Part shown: positions 50,986 through 58,810 of the stretch, in pieces | Position numbering within the stretch: position 1 is the first letter of the stretch | How the letters are laid out: every line of letters starts with the position of its first letter | Assembly: GCA_039930045.1 (NCBI GenBank) | Contig: JBDSQB010000012.1 | Coordinates: 114,570-178,569, forward strand | DNA: 64,000 bases | Origin: Chthoniobacterales bacterium | Lineage (GTDB): Bacteria; Verrucomicrobiota; Verrucomicrobiia; Chthoniobacterales; DASVRZ01 | Direction: 5' to 3' | The notes under the pieces: generated by a model | Told to the model about the DNA's origin: nothing | Database searches by the model: none | Seen by the model: the letters and a program-made list of their open reading frames with translations, nothing else | Position numbers and translations under genes: made by a program

Positions 50986-52317
50986 ATGCTGAACTTCATC
51001 TGGCTCGGGCTCCTTCTCATCGCCGTGATTCTGGGCGGACTCACCGGGTCGCTCGACGCCGTGACCATCGCAGCATTCGACGCCTGCAAAAACGCCGTTC
51101 TCAATCTCGCTCTGCCCCTCATCGGCTTGATGGCTCTCTGGCTGGGCATGATGCGTCTCGCCGAACGCGCCGGGCTCATCCAGCTCCTCGCCCGCGCCCT
51201 GCGCCCGCTTATGACCCGCCTCTTCCCCGATGTGCCGCCCGAGCACCCGGCGATGGGCGCGATGCTGCTCAACATGGGCGCCAACATGCTTGGCCTCGGA
51301 AACGCCGCCACTCCTATGGGACTCAAAGCCATGGGCCACCTCGAGCGCTTGAATAAGACTCCCGGCACCGCTTCCAACGCCATGTGCACCTTTCTCGCCA
51401 TCAATACGAGTTCCATTCAACTCATCCCCGCCACCACCGTCGCCTACCTCGCCGCTGCCAAATCCGCTGATCCCACCTGGATCATCGGCCCAGCCTTTCT
51501 CGCCACCGTCTGCGCCGCCACCTCGGGCATTATCGCCGTCAAACTCCTCGAAAAACTCCCTGTCTTCCGCAACCGCGCCGCCACCGTCGGCATCTCTGAT
51601 TCCATTGAAACTCCGCTCACCGAGGAAACACCCGCCGCCCCGTCTCCGCTCGTCTCCTGGGCATGGCTGCCGCTCGCCGTTTACTTCGGCCTCTTCGCCT
51701 GGTTTGCCTGGATGCTCATCGGCCACGCGCAAACCATCGACCTTAAAAGCACCGTCCTCGCCGTCGTCCGCGCCATCTCCACCCTCGCCGTGCCGTTCCT
51801 GTTCTCCTTTTTCCCGCTTTACGCCGCCCTACGCCGCATCCCCGTCTATGAGGAATTCATCGAGGGCGCCAAAGAGGGCTTCGCCGTCGCTACCCGCATC
51901 ATCCCCTACCTCGTCGCCATCCTGAGTTCCATCGGAATGGTCCGGGCCGCCTTCGCCGCCAGCGCGCATCTCGATTGGTTTGCCCACGGAATGGGGGCGC
52001 TCTCCCGGTTTCTGGCCTTCATCGGAGTGCCCGGCGACCTCCTGCCGCTCATCCTCCTGCGTCCCCTCAGCGGCAGCGGCGCGAGCGGCGTCTTCAACGA
52101 AATCATCCGCAACCCCGCCCTCGGCGGCCCCGACAGCCTGATCTCGCGCATGGCGGGCTGCATCATGGGCAGCACGGAGACCACGTTTTACGTCATCGCC
52201 GTTTACTTCGGCAGCGTGGCCATCCGCAGAACGAGGCACGCCATCCCCGCCGGCCTCATCGCCGACCTCACCGGCGTCATCGCCAGCATCACCATCTGTC
52301 GGCTAATGTTTTCCTGA
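50986..52317 (+). CDS. Nucleoside recognition domain membrane protein (SpmA/SpmB-like fusion)
   Basis: 443 aa, polytopic. The blocks ALPLIGLMALWLGMMRLAERAGL and NMLGLGNAATPMGLKAM are typical of the Gate/nucleoside-recognition family. Confidence 0.78.
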   Translation: MLNFIWLGLLLIAVILGGLTGSLDAVTIAAFDACKNAVLNLALPLIGLMALWLGMMRLAERAGLIQLLARALRPLMTRLFPDVPPEHPAMGAMLLNMGANMLGLGNAATPMGLKAMGHLERLNKTPGTASNAMCTFLAINTSSIQLIPATTVAYLAAAKSADPTWIIGPAFLATVCAATSGIIAVKLLEKLPVFRNRAATVGISDSIETPLTEETPAAPSPLVSWAWLPLAVYFGLFAWFAWMLIGHAQTIDLKSTVLAVVRAISTLAVPFLFSFFPLYAALRRIPVYEEFIEGAKEGFAVATRIIPYLVAILSSIGMVRAAFAASAHLDWFAHGMGALSRFLAFIGVPGDLLPLILLRPLSGSGASGVFNEIIRNPALGGPDSLISRMAGCIMGSTETTFYVIAVYFGSVAIRRTRHAIPAGLIADLTGVIASITICRLMFS

Positions 52318-52402
52318 AGCCGCTGCGAGGCGAAAACAAGACTACGCACCGCAAGGTTACGGGCAATGGCATACGAAATTAAGCACCACAGGAGCGAGCC
52401 CA

Positions 52403-53083
52403 TTAGTGAGCGGACTCTGTGTCCGGCTCGGCCTCGTGCATATTGCGCAGGAGTCGGCGGGCGATGGATGGACTGAAAACCATCAGCGGATGAAAGAGTT
52501 TCCAACGGGTCTCATTCGCGGCCACGTCCCAATGCGAGCTGCTCGACGGTAGGATGATGAGGTCGAACGGCGTGTAAATCGAGAGTGGGTGCATTCCATT
52601 GAAAGTCGGATCGTGCGTAGCCAGGTCTCGGAGAAACGGGCTGTGCGGCCGCATTTCCAGGACGCCGGGCTGGCGATTGATGTAGGCAAATAGCGTCCCG
52701 TGATGTGGCGCGCTGAGCGTGGCGTAACTGATTACCCGTTCGCGCACCGGAAAATGAGCCACCCAATAACGCGAAATCAGCCCGCCCATGCTGAAGCCGA
52801 CGATGTGCAGTGGACGACGGCTGCCGAAGTGCGCGACGACTTCCGCATCGAGAAATGCGGCGGCGTCTTCCAGTCGCATCGCTCCATTGCAAGGCGTCAC
52901 CGACGGGCAAAACGTCTCGTAACCGGCGCGTTGAAACTGGTGCGCGAGCCATTTCATCTTGTCGCCCGAATCGTAAATGCCGTGGACCAAAACGACAGCG
53001 GGCTTCGCGGGATCGGCCTTCGGTGGAGCCGGGGAAAGGCTCACGAGCAGCGCGGCCAGCCAGTTGGTGGGGTTGAAGTTCAA
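52403..53083 (-). CDS. Alpha/beta hydrolase (lipase/esterase-like), secreted
   Basis: 226 aa with a TTG start overlapping the ispE stop. It has VVLVHGIYDSG and the nucleophile elbow GFSMGG. Confidence 0.7.
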   Translation of the reverse strand: MNFNPTNWLAALLVSLSPAPPKADPAKPAVVLVHGIYDSGDKMKWLAHQFQRAGYETFCPSVTPCNGAMRLEDAAAFLDAEVVAHFGSRRPLHIVGFSMGGLISRYWVAHFPVRERVISYATLSAPHHGTLFAYINRQPGVLEMRPHSPFLRDLATHDPTFNGMHPLSIYTPFDLIILPSSSSHWDVAANETRWKLFHPLMVFSPSIARRLLRNMHEAEPDTESAH

Positions 53084-53898
53084 AATGGCGTGACGATGGC
53101 GGTCCAGTTGCGTTCGCCAAACTCGGAGAGCAATTTCTCGCGGACGCTTTCCGCGGCAGCCAGATCGCGGGTCAGTGCAAACATGGTCGAGCCGGAGCCG
53201 GACATCAGCGCGCCGAGTGTTTCCGGCTGGGCGAGGAGAAATTGTTTCACGAGGGCGAGCAGGAGATATTTCTCAAAGACGGGACGCTCAAGGTCGTTGG
53301 CCAGTGTCCCAAACGGCGTCGATTGGACTTCCATCGGGATGCCGGGGAGCGGCTGGCTGGCGGCGAGATTTTGGTAAGCCCAAGGCGTGGGGACGCCAAA
53401 AGGCGGCTTGAAGAGAATGATATGGAACTCGCCCGGCGGCGGAATGGGACGCACGATTTCCCCGCGACCCTCGCACCAGGCGGCGGACCGATGGAGAAAA
53501 AATGGGACGTCGGACCCGAGAGTCGCGGCCAGCGTTTCCAACTCGGGAAACGCGAGCGGAGTTTCAGTGCAATCATTGAGCGCGAGCAAGGTCGTCGCCG
53601 CGTCACTGCTCCCGCCGCCGAGCCCGGCGCTGTGCGGGATGTTTTTCTCCAGGTGAATCGCGACATTGGGCAGCGTGCCGTGGCCAAAAAGACGCGCGGC
53701 GCGGACGACGAGGTTGCGGTCGTCGGTGGGAATCGTCGGATCGGAACAGGTGAAGGAGAAATTTTCAGCGGAGGTGCAGTCGATTGTGTCCGTCAGCGAG
53801 ATCGGTAAAAAGAGGCTGCGCAAATCGTGAAATCCATCGGGGCGACGCCCGAGAATTTCGAGAGAGAGATTGATTTTTGCAGGCGCAAGTCGCTTCAT
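53080..53898 (-). CDS. ispE: 4-(cytidine 5'-diphospho)-2-C-methyl-D-erythritol kinase
   Basis: The ATG at 53898 gives MKRLAPAKINLSLEILGRRPDGFHDL, and the GHMP motif PHSAGLGGGSSDAA is present. An alternative ATG lies 4 codons upstream. Confidence 0.87.
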   Translation of the reverse strand: MKRLAPAKINLSLEILGRRPDGFHDLRSLFLPISLTDTIDCTSAENFSFTCSDPTIPTDDRNLVVRAARLFGHGTLPNVAIHLEKNIPHSAGLGGGSSDAATTLLALNDCTETPLAFPELETLAATLGSDVPFFLHRSAAWCEGRGEIVRPIPPPGEFHIILFKPPFGVPTPWAYQNLAASQPLPGIPMEVQSTPFGTLANDLERPVFEKYLLLALVKQFLLAQPETLGALMSGSGSTMFALTRDLAAAESVREKLLSEFGERNWTAIVTPF

Positions 53899-53904
53899 GG
53901 GGCG

Positions 53905-54639
53905 ATGCATTCTTCCGCAAACCCATCGTCGGCAAAAGATAAAATCATCGTCGCACTCGACCTGCCCGACGAAGCCTCGGCGCTGCGGACGGTGGAGCAA
54001 TTGACCGGCGAAGTGGGGCTTTTCAAAGTCGGCCTGCAGCTTTTCACCGCGTGCGGACCGTCGATTGTGCGGCAGATCCGTGCGCTGGGCGGCGGGGTGT
54101 TTCTCGATCTCAAGTTTCACGACATCCCGAACACGGTGCGTCACGCCGTCGAGTCCGCCATGGCACTGGATGTGCAAATGCTGACCGTCCATGCCGGTGG
54201 CGGGCGCGAAATGCTGGAAGCGGCAGCGACAGGCGCGGCAGGGTCGAGTTGCTTCGTGCTCGGCGTGACGGTGCTGACGAGTTCCAACGAGCGGACTTTG
54301 AGCGAAATGGGGGTCCAGCGCAGTGTGCCGGACCAAGTCGCCGCCCTGGGGAAAATCGCCGCCGAATCGGGTTTGAGCGGACTCGTCGCCAGCGCCCACG
54401 AGATCGGGCTTTTGCGCGGCTGTATTCCCAGTGGAATGAAACTCGTGATCCCCGGCATTCGCCCCGCTGGAGCCGATGTGCAGGATCAAAAACGCGTGAT
54501 GACGCCGCTCGAAGCCGTCACCGCCGGGGCCGATTATCTGGTGATCGGGCGTCCCATTTTAGGAGCGGAAAATCCAGTCAACGCCGCCCGGGAAATCGCG
54601 GCGAGCCTTTCAGTTGAAGAATCCAACAAAAACCAATAA
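53905..54639 (+). CDS. pyrF: Orotidine 5'-phosphate decarboxylase
   Basis: The ATG at 53905 opens a protein with the blocks KIIVALDL, FKVGLQLF and FLDLKFHDIPNTV. Confidence 0.9.
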   Translation: MHSSANPSSAKDKIIVALDLPDEASALRTVEQLTGEVGLFKVGLQLFTACGPSIVRQIRALGGGVFLDLKFHDIPNTVRHAVESAMALDVQMLTVHAGGGREMLEAAATGAAGSSCFVLGVTVLTSSNERTLSEMGVQRSVPDQVAALGKIAAESGLSGLVASAHEIGLLRGCIPSGMKLVIPGIRPAGADVQDQKRVMTPLEAVTAGADYLVIGRPILGAENPVNAAREIAASLSVEESNKNQ

Positions 54640-54651
54640 ACCTTTCGCCTC

Positions 54652-55419
54652 ATGAAACTCTCCCCCCTTTTTCTCGCACTCATCCTTTGCAATCCTGCAA
54701 TTCTCCCGGCTCAGCCAGTCCCTCAATCGAGTGCAACTCCGGTCATTTCACCCACTCCCAAGCCTACGCCACTTCCGCGGACGCCGGAATCGGCCGTCAC
54801 TCCCGCAGTCAAAGACCCTAATCGGCACGTGGAATTTCTCGACCGCAAGCAGCGCGGCCCGATCGATCTGCTTTTTCTAGGCGATTCCATTACTGATTTC
54901 TGGCCTCGTCGCGGCGAAACCACCTGGCTAAAATTTGCCGCGTGGAATCCGGCTGATTTCGGTATCAGCGCCGATCGCACCGAACACGTTCTTTGGCGGA
55001 TCACCAACGGAGAACTCGATGGCATTCAGCCTAAAGTCACCGTCATTATGATCGGCACCAACAATGTCGGCCAATGCCCGGATGAGAAACCGGAATGGGC
55101 AGCGGAGGGAGTGAAAAAGATCGTCGCGACTGTTCACGAAAAGCTGCCGGCGACGAAAGTTTTGCTTCTGGCGGTATTCCCACGCGACATCAAAGGCAGT
55201 CGGCTGCGCGAGGCCGTTGCGCAGATCAACCAATCGCTGGTCAGTTTGGATGACGGAAAACAGACGCGTTTTCTGGACATAGGCAGTCAATTTCTCGACG
55301 CCCAAGGCGAAATTCCGAGCGACGTTATGCCCGATAAATTGCATCCCAACGCCAAAGGTTACGAAATTTGGTATGGTGCGATGCAGCCGCTCCTAAGTGA
55401 GATGATGGCTGAAAAATAG
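54652..55419 (+). CDS. SGNH/GDSL hydrolase family protein, secreted
   Basis: 255 aa with a signal peptide, block I FLGDSIT, the GTNN block and a C-terminal DxxH-like DKLHPN. Confidence 0.8.
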   Translation: MKLSPLFLALILCNPAILPAQPVPQSSATPVISPTPKPTPLPRTPESAVTPAVKDPNRHVEFLDRKQRGPIDLLFLGDSITDFWPRRGETTWLKFAAWNPADFGISADRTEHVLWRITNGELDGIQPKVTVIMIGTNNVGQCPDEKPEWAAEGVKKIVATVHEKLPATKVLLLAVFPRDIKGSRLREAVAQINQSLVSLDDGKQTRFLDIGSQFLDAQGEIPSDVMPDKLHPNAKGYEIWYGAMQPLLSEMMAEK

Positions 55420-55443
55420 TCCGGTTGTGGCTATGGGCGAAAT

Positions 55444-57036
55444 CTAACTGATATGCATTTCGGGTTGTTCGGGAATCTCGAACAACTCGATGCCCGCATT
55501 GGTTTCGCCGAAGTATTTCAGGGTCCAGGCGGAGGGAAATAAGACGACGGGAAGGCCGCTGGCGTCGGTGGCGAGTTTGACGCCAGTGGGGAGTTTCAGT
55601 TGAGTTAGATCGGTATCTGGGCTGAGCCAGCGGGCGATGCTCCAGGTGGCGGTTTCGAGACGCGATTCGGCGCCGTATTCGGTTTCGAGGCGATATTGCA
55701 CGACTTCGAATTGTAACGGGCCGACTGCGGCGAGGAGCGGGACTTTGATGACGGAGTCGTTCAGATGAAAGACTTGGATGACGCCTTCCTGGAGGAGCTG
55801 TTCGAGACCTTGACGGAATTGTTTGTATTTGCCGGTGTTCGGATTTTGCAAAAACGCAAAGCACTCGGGAGGAAATCGCGGGATTTCGTGATAAACCACG
55901 CCCGGTTCCTCGGTGAGCGTGTCGCCAATGCCGAATTCGGAGTAGCCGACCAGGCCCAGAATGTCGCCAGCGTAAGCGGTGTCGATGGTTTCGCGTTCCT
56001 GAGCGAAGAGTTTGTGCGAGTTTGAAAGGCGGACTTTTTTCCCCGTGCGCTCGTGGATGACGGACATGTCGCGAGTGAATTTGCCGGAGCAAACGCGCAA
56101 AAACGCGATGCGGTCGCGGTGGCGCGGGTCCATGTTGGCCTGGATTTTGAAGATGAAGCCGGTGAAATTGGGCGAGTCGGTAGGGACGTATTCCCCGTGG
56201 CTGATGCGAGGTCCGGGAGGAGTGGATTCGGCCAAAAAGGCGTCGAGCATGAGCTGGACGCCGAAGTTGTTCATGGCGCTGCCAAAGAAAACGGGGGTTT
56301 GTTTGCCGTTGAGAACGCGGTTGTGATCGTAATCTTCTCCCGCGCCTTCGAGCATTTCGAGTTCCTCACGAACGCGCTCATAAACGTCGGGGTCGAGTTT
56401 TTCGGCGACGATGGGGTCGTCGATTCCGGCGATGGAAACCGGGGCGCGGTAGGCTCCATGAGGCGTTTTCTCGAAAAGATGGACTTCCCGTTTCTGGCGG
56501 TCGTAAACACCCTTGAACTGCACACCTTCGCCGAGCGGCCAGTTGATCGGATACGCGCCGATGCCGAGAACGCTTTCGAGTTCGTCCAAGAGGTCGAGCG
56601 GCGGACGCGACGGGCGGTCCAGCTTGTTCATGAAGGTGAAAATCGGAACGCCACGGCGGCGGCAAACCTCAAAAAGCTTTCGGGTTTGCGCTTGAATGCC
56701 CTTGCCCGCGTCGATGACCATGACGACGGCATCGACGGCGGTAAGGACGCGGTAGGTGTCCTCGGAGAAATCGTGGTGGCCAGGTGTGTCGAGGAGATTG
56801 ACCGCATAACCGTTGTACTCGAATTGCAAAACGGTCGAGCTGATGCTGATGCCGCGTTTGCGTTCGAGTTCCATCCAGTCGGAGGTGGCGGCGCGCTGAT
56901 TTTTCCGCGAAGTGACCGAACCCGCCAGTTGCACCGCGCCGCCATAGAGGAGAAGTTTCTCGGTGAGTGTGGTCTTGCCTGCATCCGGGTGCGAGATGAT
57001 CGCAAACGTGCGGCGGCGATTGATTTCGGAAAGCAT
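55444..57036 (-). CDS. prfC: Peptide chain release factor 3
   Basis: 530 aa starting RRRTFAIISHPDAGKTTLTEKLLLYGG, with GTPase motifs throughout. Confidence 0.95.
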   Translation of the reverse strand: MLSEINRRRTFAIISHPDAGKTTLTEKLLLYGGAVQLAGSVTSRKNQRAATSDWMELERKRGISISSTVLQFEYNGYAVNLLDTPGHHDFSEDTYRVLTAVDAVVMVIDAGKGIQAQTRKLFEVCRRRGVPIFTFMNKLDRPSRPPLDLLDELESVLGIGAYPINWPLGEGVQFKGVYDRQKREVHLFEKTPHGAYRAPVSIAGIDDPIVAEKLDPDVYERVREELEMLEGAGEDYDHNRVLNGKQTPVFFGSAMNNFGVQLMLDAFLAESTPPGPRISHGEYVPTDSPNFTGFIFKIQANMDPRHRDRIAFLRVCSGKFTRDMSVIHERTGKKVRLSNSHKLFAQERETIDTAYAGDILGLVGYSEFGIGDTLTEEPGVVYHEIPRFPPECFAFLQNPNTGKYKQFRQGLEQLLQEGVIQVFHLNDSVIKVPLLAAVGPLQFEVVQYRLETEYGAESRLETATWSIARWLSPDTDLTQLKLPTGVKLATDASGLPVVLFPSAWTLKYFGETNAGIELFEIPEQPEMHIS

Positions 57037-57053
57037 CGGAGTAAGAGCGGATT

Positions 57054-57094
57054 CAAAGAAAAAGGACGCCGCCGGCGGGCCGGGGACGTCCTTT
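57054..57094 (-). terminator. Rho-independent terminator after rpsR
   Basis: GC-rich hairpin AAAGGACG...CGTCCTTT (57061-57094) with a GC-rich interior. On the minus strand it is followed by a T-rich run (the A-rich 57054-57064 on the plus strand). Confidence 0.6.
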
Positions 57095-57117
57095 CATTCG
57101 AGCGGAAAGCTCTGTGA

Positions 57118-57357
57118 TTAAGCCATCAGAAGAACCGACCGGCTGCGCTTGATCTCGCGGGTAATTTTACGATGGAAATGCGCGGGCATACCAGTGAGGC
57201 GGCGGGGAAGGATTTTGCCACTTTCGGTGACGAATTTCTTCAGAATATCGGGGTTCTTGTAATCGATCGCGTCGATGGTGATGTCCATCCGGCGGCGGGG
57301 CATGATGCGGTTCGCACGGCGGAAATTGGAGCGGCGTTGAGCGGTTTTAGGCTGCAT
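57118..57357 (-). CDS. rpsR: 30S ribosomal protein S18
   Basis: 79 aa. The block [43 protein letters not shown] is typical of S18. Confidence 0.9.
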   Translation of the reverse strand: MQPKTAQRRSNFRRANRIMPRRRMDITIDAIDYKNPDILKKFVTESGKILPRRLTGMPAHFHRKITREIKRSRSVLLMA

Positions 57358-57377
57358 AAGAATGAAAGTCGAAGCGG

Positions 57378-57551
57378 TTACTTAGTTTCGCGATGAAGCG
57401 TGTGGCGGCGGAGGAAGGGATTGTATTTCTTCTTCTCCAGACGCGTCGGAGTGTTGGGGCTCTTTTTGTTACGTGTGGACATGTAACGGGAAGCGGGTTT
57501 GCCCTCAGCTTTTGCTTCGGTGCATTCGAGAGTGATGATGTCTTGGGCCAT
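57378..57551 (-). CDS. rpmG: 50S ribosomal protein L33 (Cys-poor, C-minus form)
   Basis: Not in the ORF track (57 aa). Hand translation of the minus strand from the ATG at 57551 gives [57 protein letters not shown], with stop TAA at 57380-57378. It matches the L33 pattern (Y.T.KNK...P.RLE.KKY.P..R.HTLH.E.K). Confidence 0.85.
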   Translation of the reverse strand: MAQDIITLECTEAKAEGKPASRYMSTRNKKSPNTPTRLEKKKYNPFLRRHTLHRETK

Positions 57552-57574
57552 GGTGGACGTGGGTTATACGCTAA

Positions 57575-58153
57575 TTATTCTTTGGTATCAACCGGGGATT
57601 CTTCTTCCTCGGTTTCGTTGCCATCCTCATCGGTGAGGCCAAACAAAGATGTCACTGACTGGCGGACGCGGGTCATCTTGCTCTGCTTCTCCAGAATCGC
57701 CTGGCACTCGACTGTGTAACGGGTGAAAGGGATGGCTTCGAGGCGAACGTGAGGGATTGGTTTGTTCGACATCTCGCAGATGCCATAAGTATCCGACTCG
57801 ATTCTACGGAGCGCTTCCTCGATTTCATTGAGCGAATCCTGCTCGCTGGAAAGCAAGCTGAGGGCGAAATCGCGATCGTAAGCGTCGCTGCCGGCGTCGG
57901 CCTGGTGCATTCCAAAAGCGGAGGCTTCGCTGCCCTCGGCACGAGCGCGAAGGTTATCCTTGGCGACACCCATCATGGAATCAACCATCGCATCGCGCAG
58001 GGCGACGAGGCGGGCCTTTTGCTTCTTCAAAAAGGGCGAGAGACCCGCATCGGGATCCGGCTTTTCACCCGGGAGAATGGTCACGGATTCGTCTACTTCA
58101 AAGACCTCGTGTTCTGACGAATTGGATGGTTTGTCGTTCTTGGTTTTGGGCAT
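57575..58153 (-). CDS. DksA/TraR family protein with a degenerate (2-Cys) zinc finger
   Basis: 192 aa with a coiled-coil region, then LNEIEEALRRIESDTYGICEMSNKPIPHVRLEAIPFTRYTVECQ. Only the first Cys of each canonical CxxC pair is retained. The C-terminal tail is acidic. Confidence 0.7.
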   Translation of the reverse strand: MPKTKNDKPSNSSEHEVFEVDESVTILPGEKPDPDAGLSPFLKKQKARLVALRDAMVDSMMGVAKDNLRARAEGSEASAFGMHQADAGSDAYDRDFALSLLSSEQDSLNEIEEALRRIESDTYGICEMSNKPIPHVRLEAIPFTRYTVECQAILEKQSKMTRVRQSVTSLFGLTDEDGNETEEEESPVDTKE

Positions 58154-58295
58154 AGAGCAGGGATTTATTTGGCCAAGCCGGATTTGGGGAGCGGGTATTT
58201 AATGGCTATTCACAGGCTGTGCAAGTGGAAAAAGGGGTTTTCTTATGTTTGCACTAGCATGTGCTTTGCCCACGGGTTACCTAGTCACGAATCTT

Positions 58296-58772
58296 ATGGC
58301 TAAACCAGTTGTCGAAGTCCAACCCCGGGCAGTCATTCCGACCAATGGCGGGAGCGCTGTTTTTCTGGGAAACCAATTCAAAAATTTCGTCATCTACGTC
58401 GATAACGGCGTGGGTCAGGCCATTACCATGTTCATGCGGCAGACGGCCAAGGCGCGCCCCCTCACCCACGACCTGATGGCTCACATATTGACCTCACTCG
58501 GAGCCAAGGTGGAGCGGGTCATCATCAACGACCTGCAAGAAGGCACGTATTTCGCCCGGCTCATCCTCAGCGCCGAGAACGAGCTGCACGAGCGCAAGAT
58601 CGTGGAAATCGACGCCCGGCCCAGTGATTGCATCGCGCTCGCCGTCCAGCAAAACGCTCCCATTTACGTCGTGCAAGACGTCTGGAGTCAGGTCGAGGAC
58701 ATGAGCGAGGTCCTGGAAAAAATGGCCCAGGGCGACCACTCTTCCGAAGACGATCCAACGGCGGAGGAATAG
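58296..58772 (+). CDS. Bifunctional nuclease (BFN/DUF151) family protein
   Basis: The ATG at 58296 opens a protein with the blocks RPLTHDLMAHILTSLGAKVERVIINDLQEGTYFARL and DARPSDCIALAV. An alternative ATG is at 58245. Confidence 0.8.
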   Translation: MAKPVVEVQPRAVIPTNGGSAVFLGNQFKNFVIYVDNGVGQAITMFMRQTAKARPLTHDLMAHILTSLGAKVERVIINDLQEGTYFARLILSAENELHERKIVEIDARPSDCIALAVQQNAPIYVVQDVWSQVEDMSEVLEKMAQGDHSSEDDPTAEE

Positions 58773-58810
58773 CCGGGTTTTCGCCAACTCGCTGCGCTTT
58801 GGCAAATCCC

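Noticed and set aside
58628-58810. N-terminal extensions of track ORFs, for example 58628 for the ATP-grasp gene. Others are 8289, 13291, 15448, 16911, 18469, 34523, 35509, 36245, 42692, 42501, 47657, 49254, 53827 and 54489.
   Set aside because: The extensions overlap the preceding gene or are Arg/Pro-rich nonsense. In each case an internal ATG reproduces the canonical family N-terminus or a signal peptide, so I trimmed the starts.
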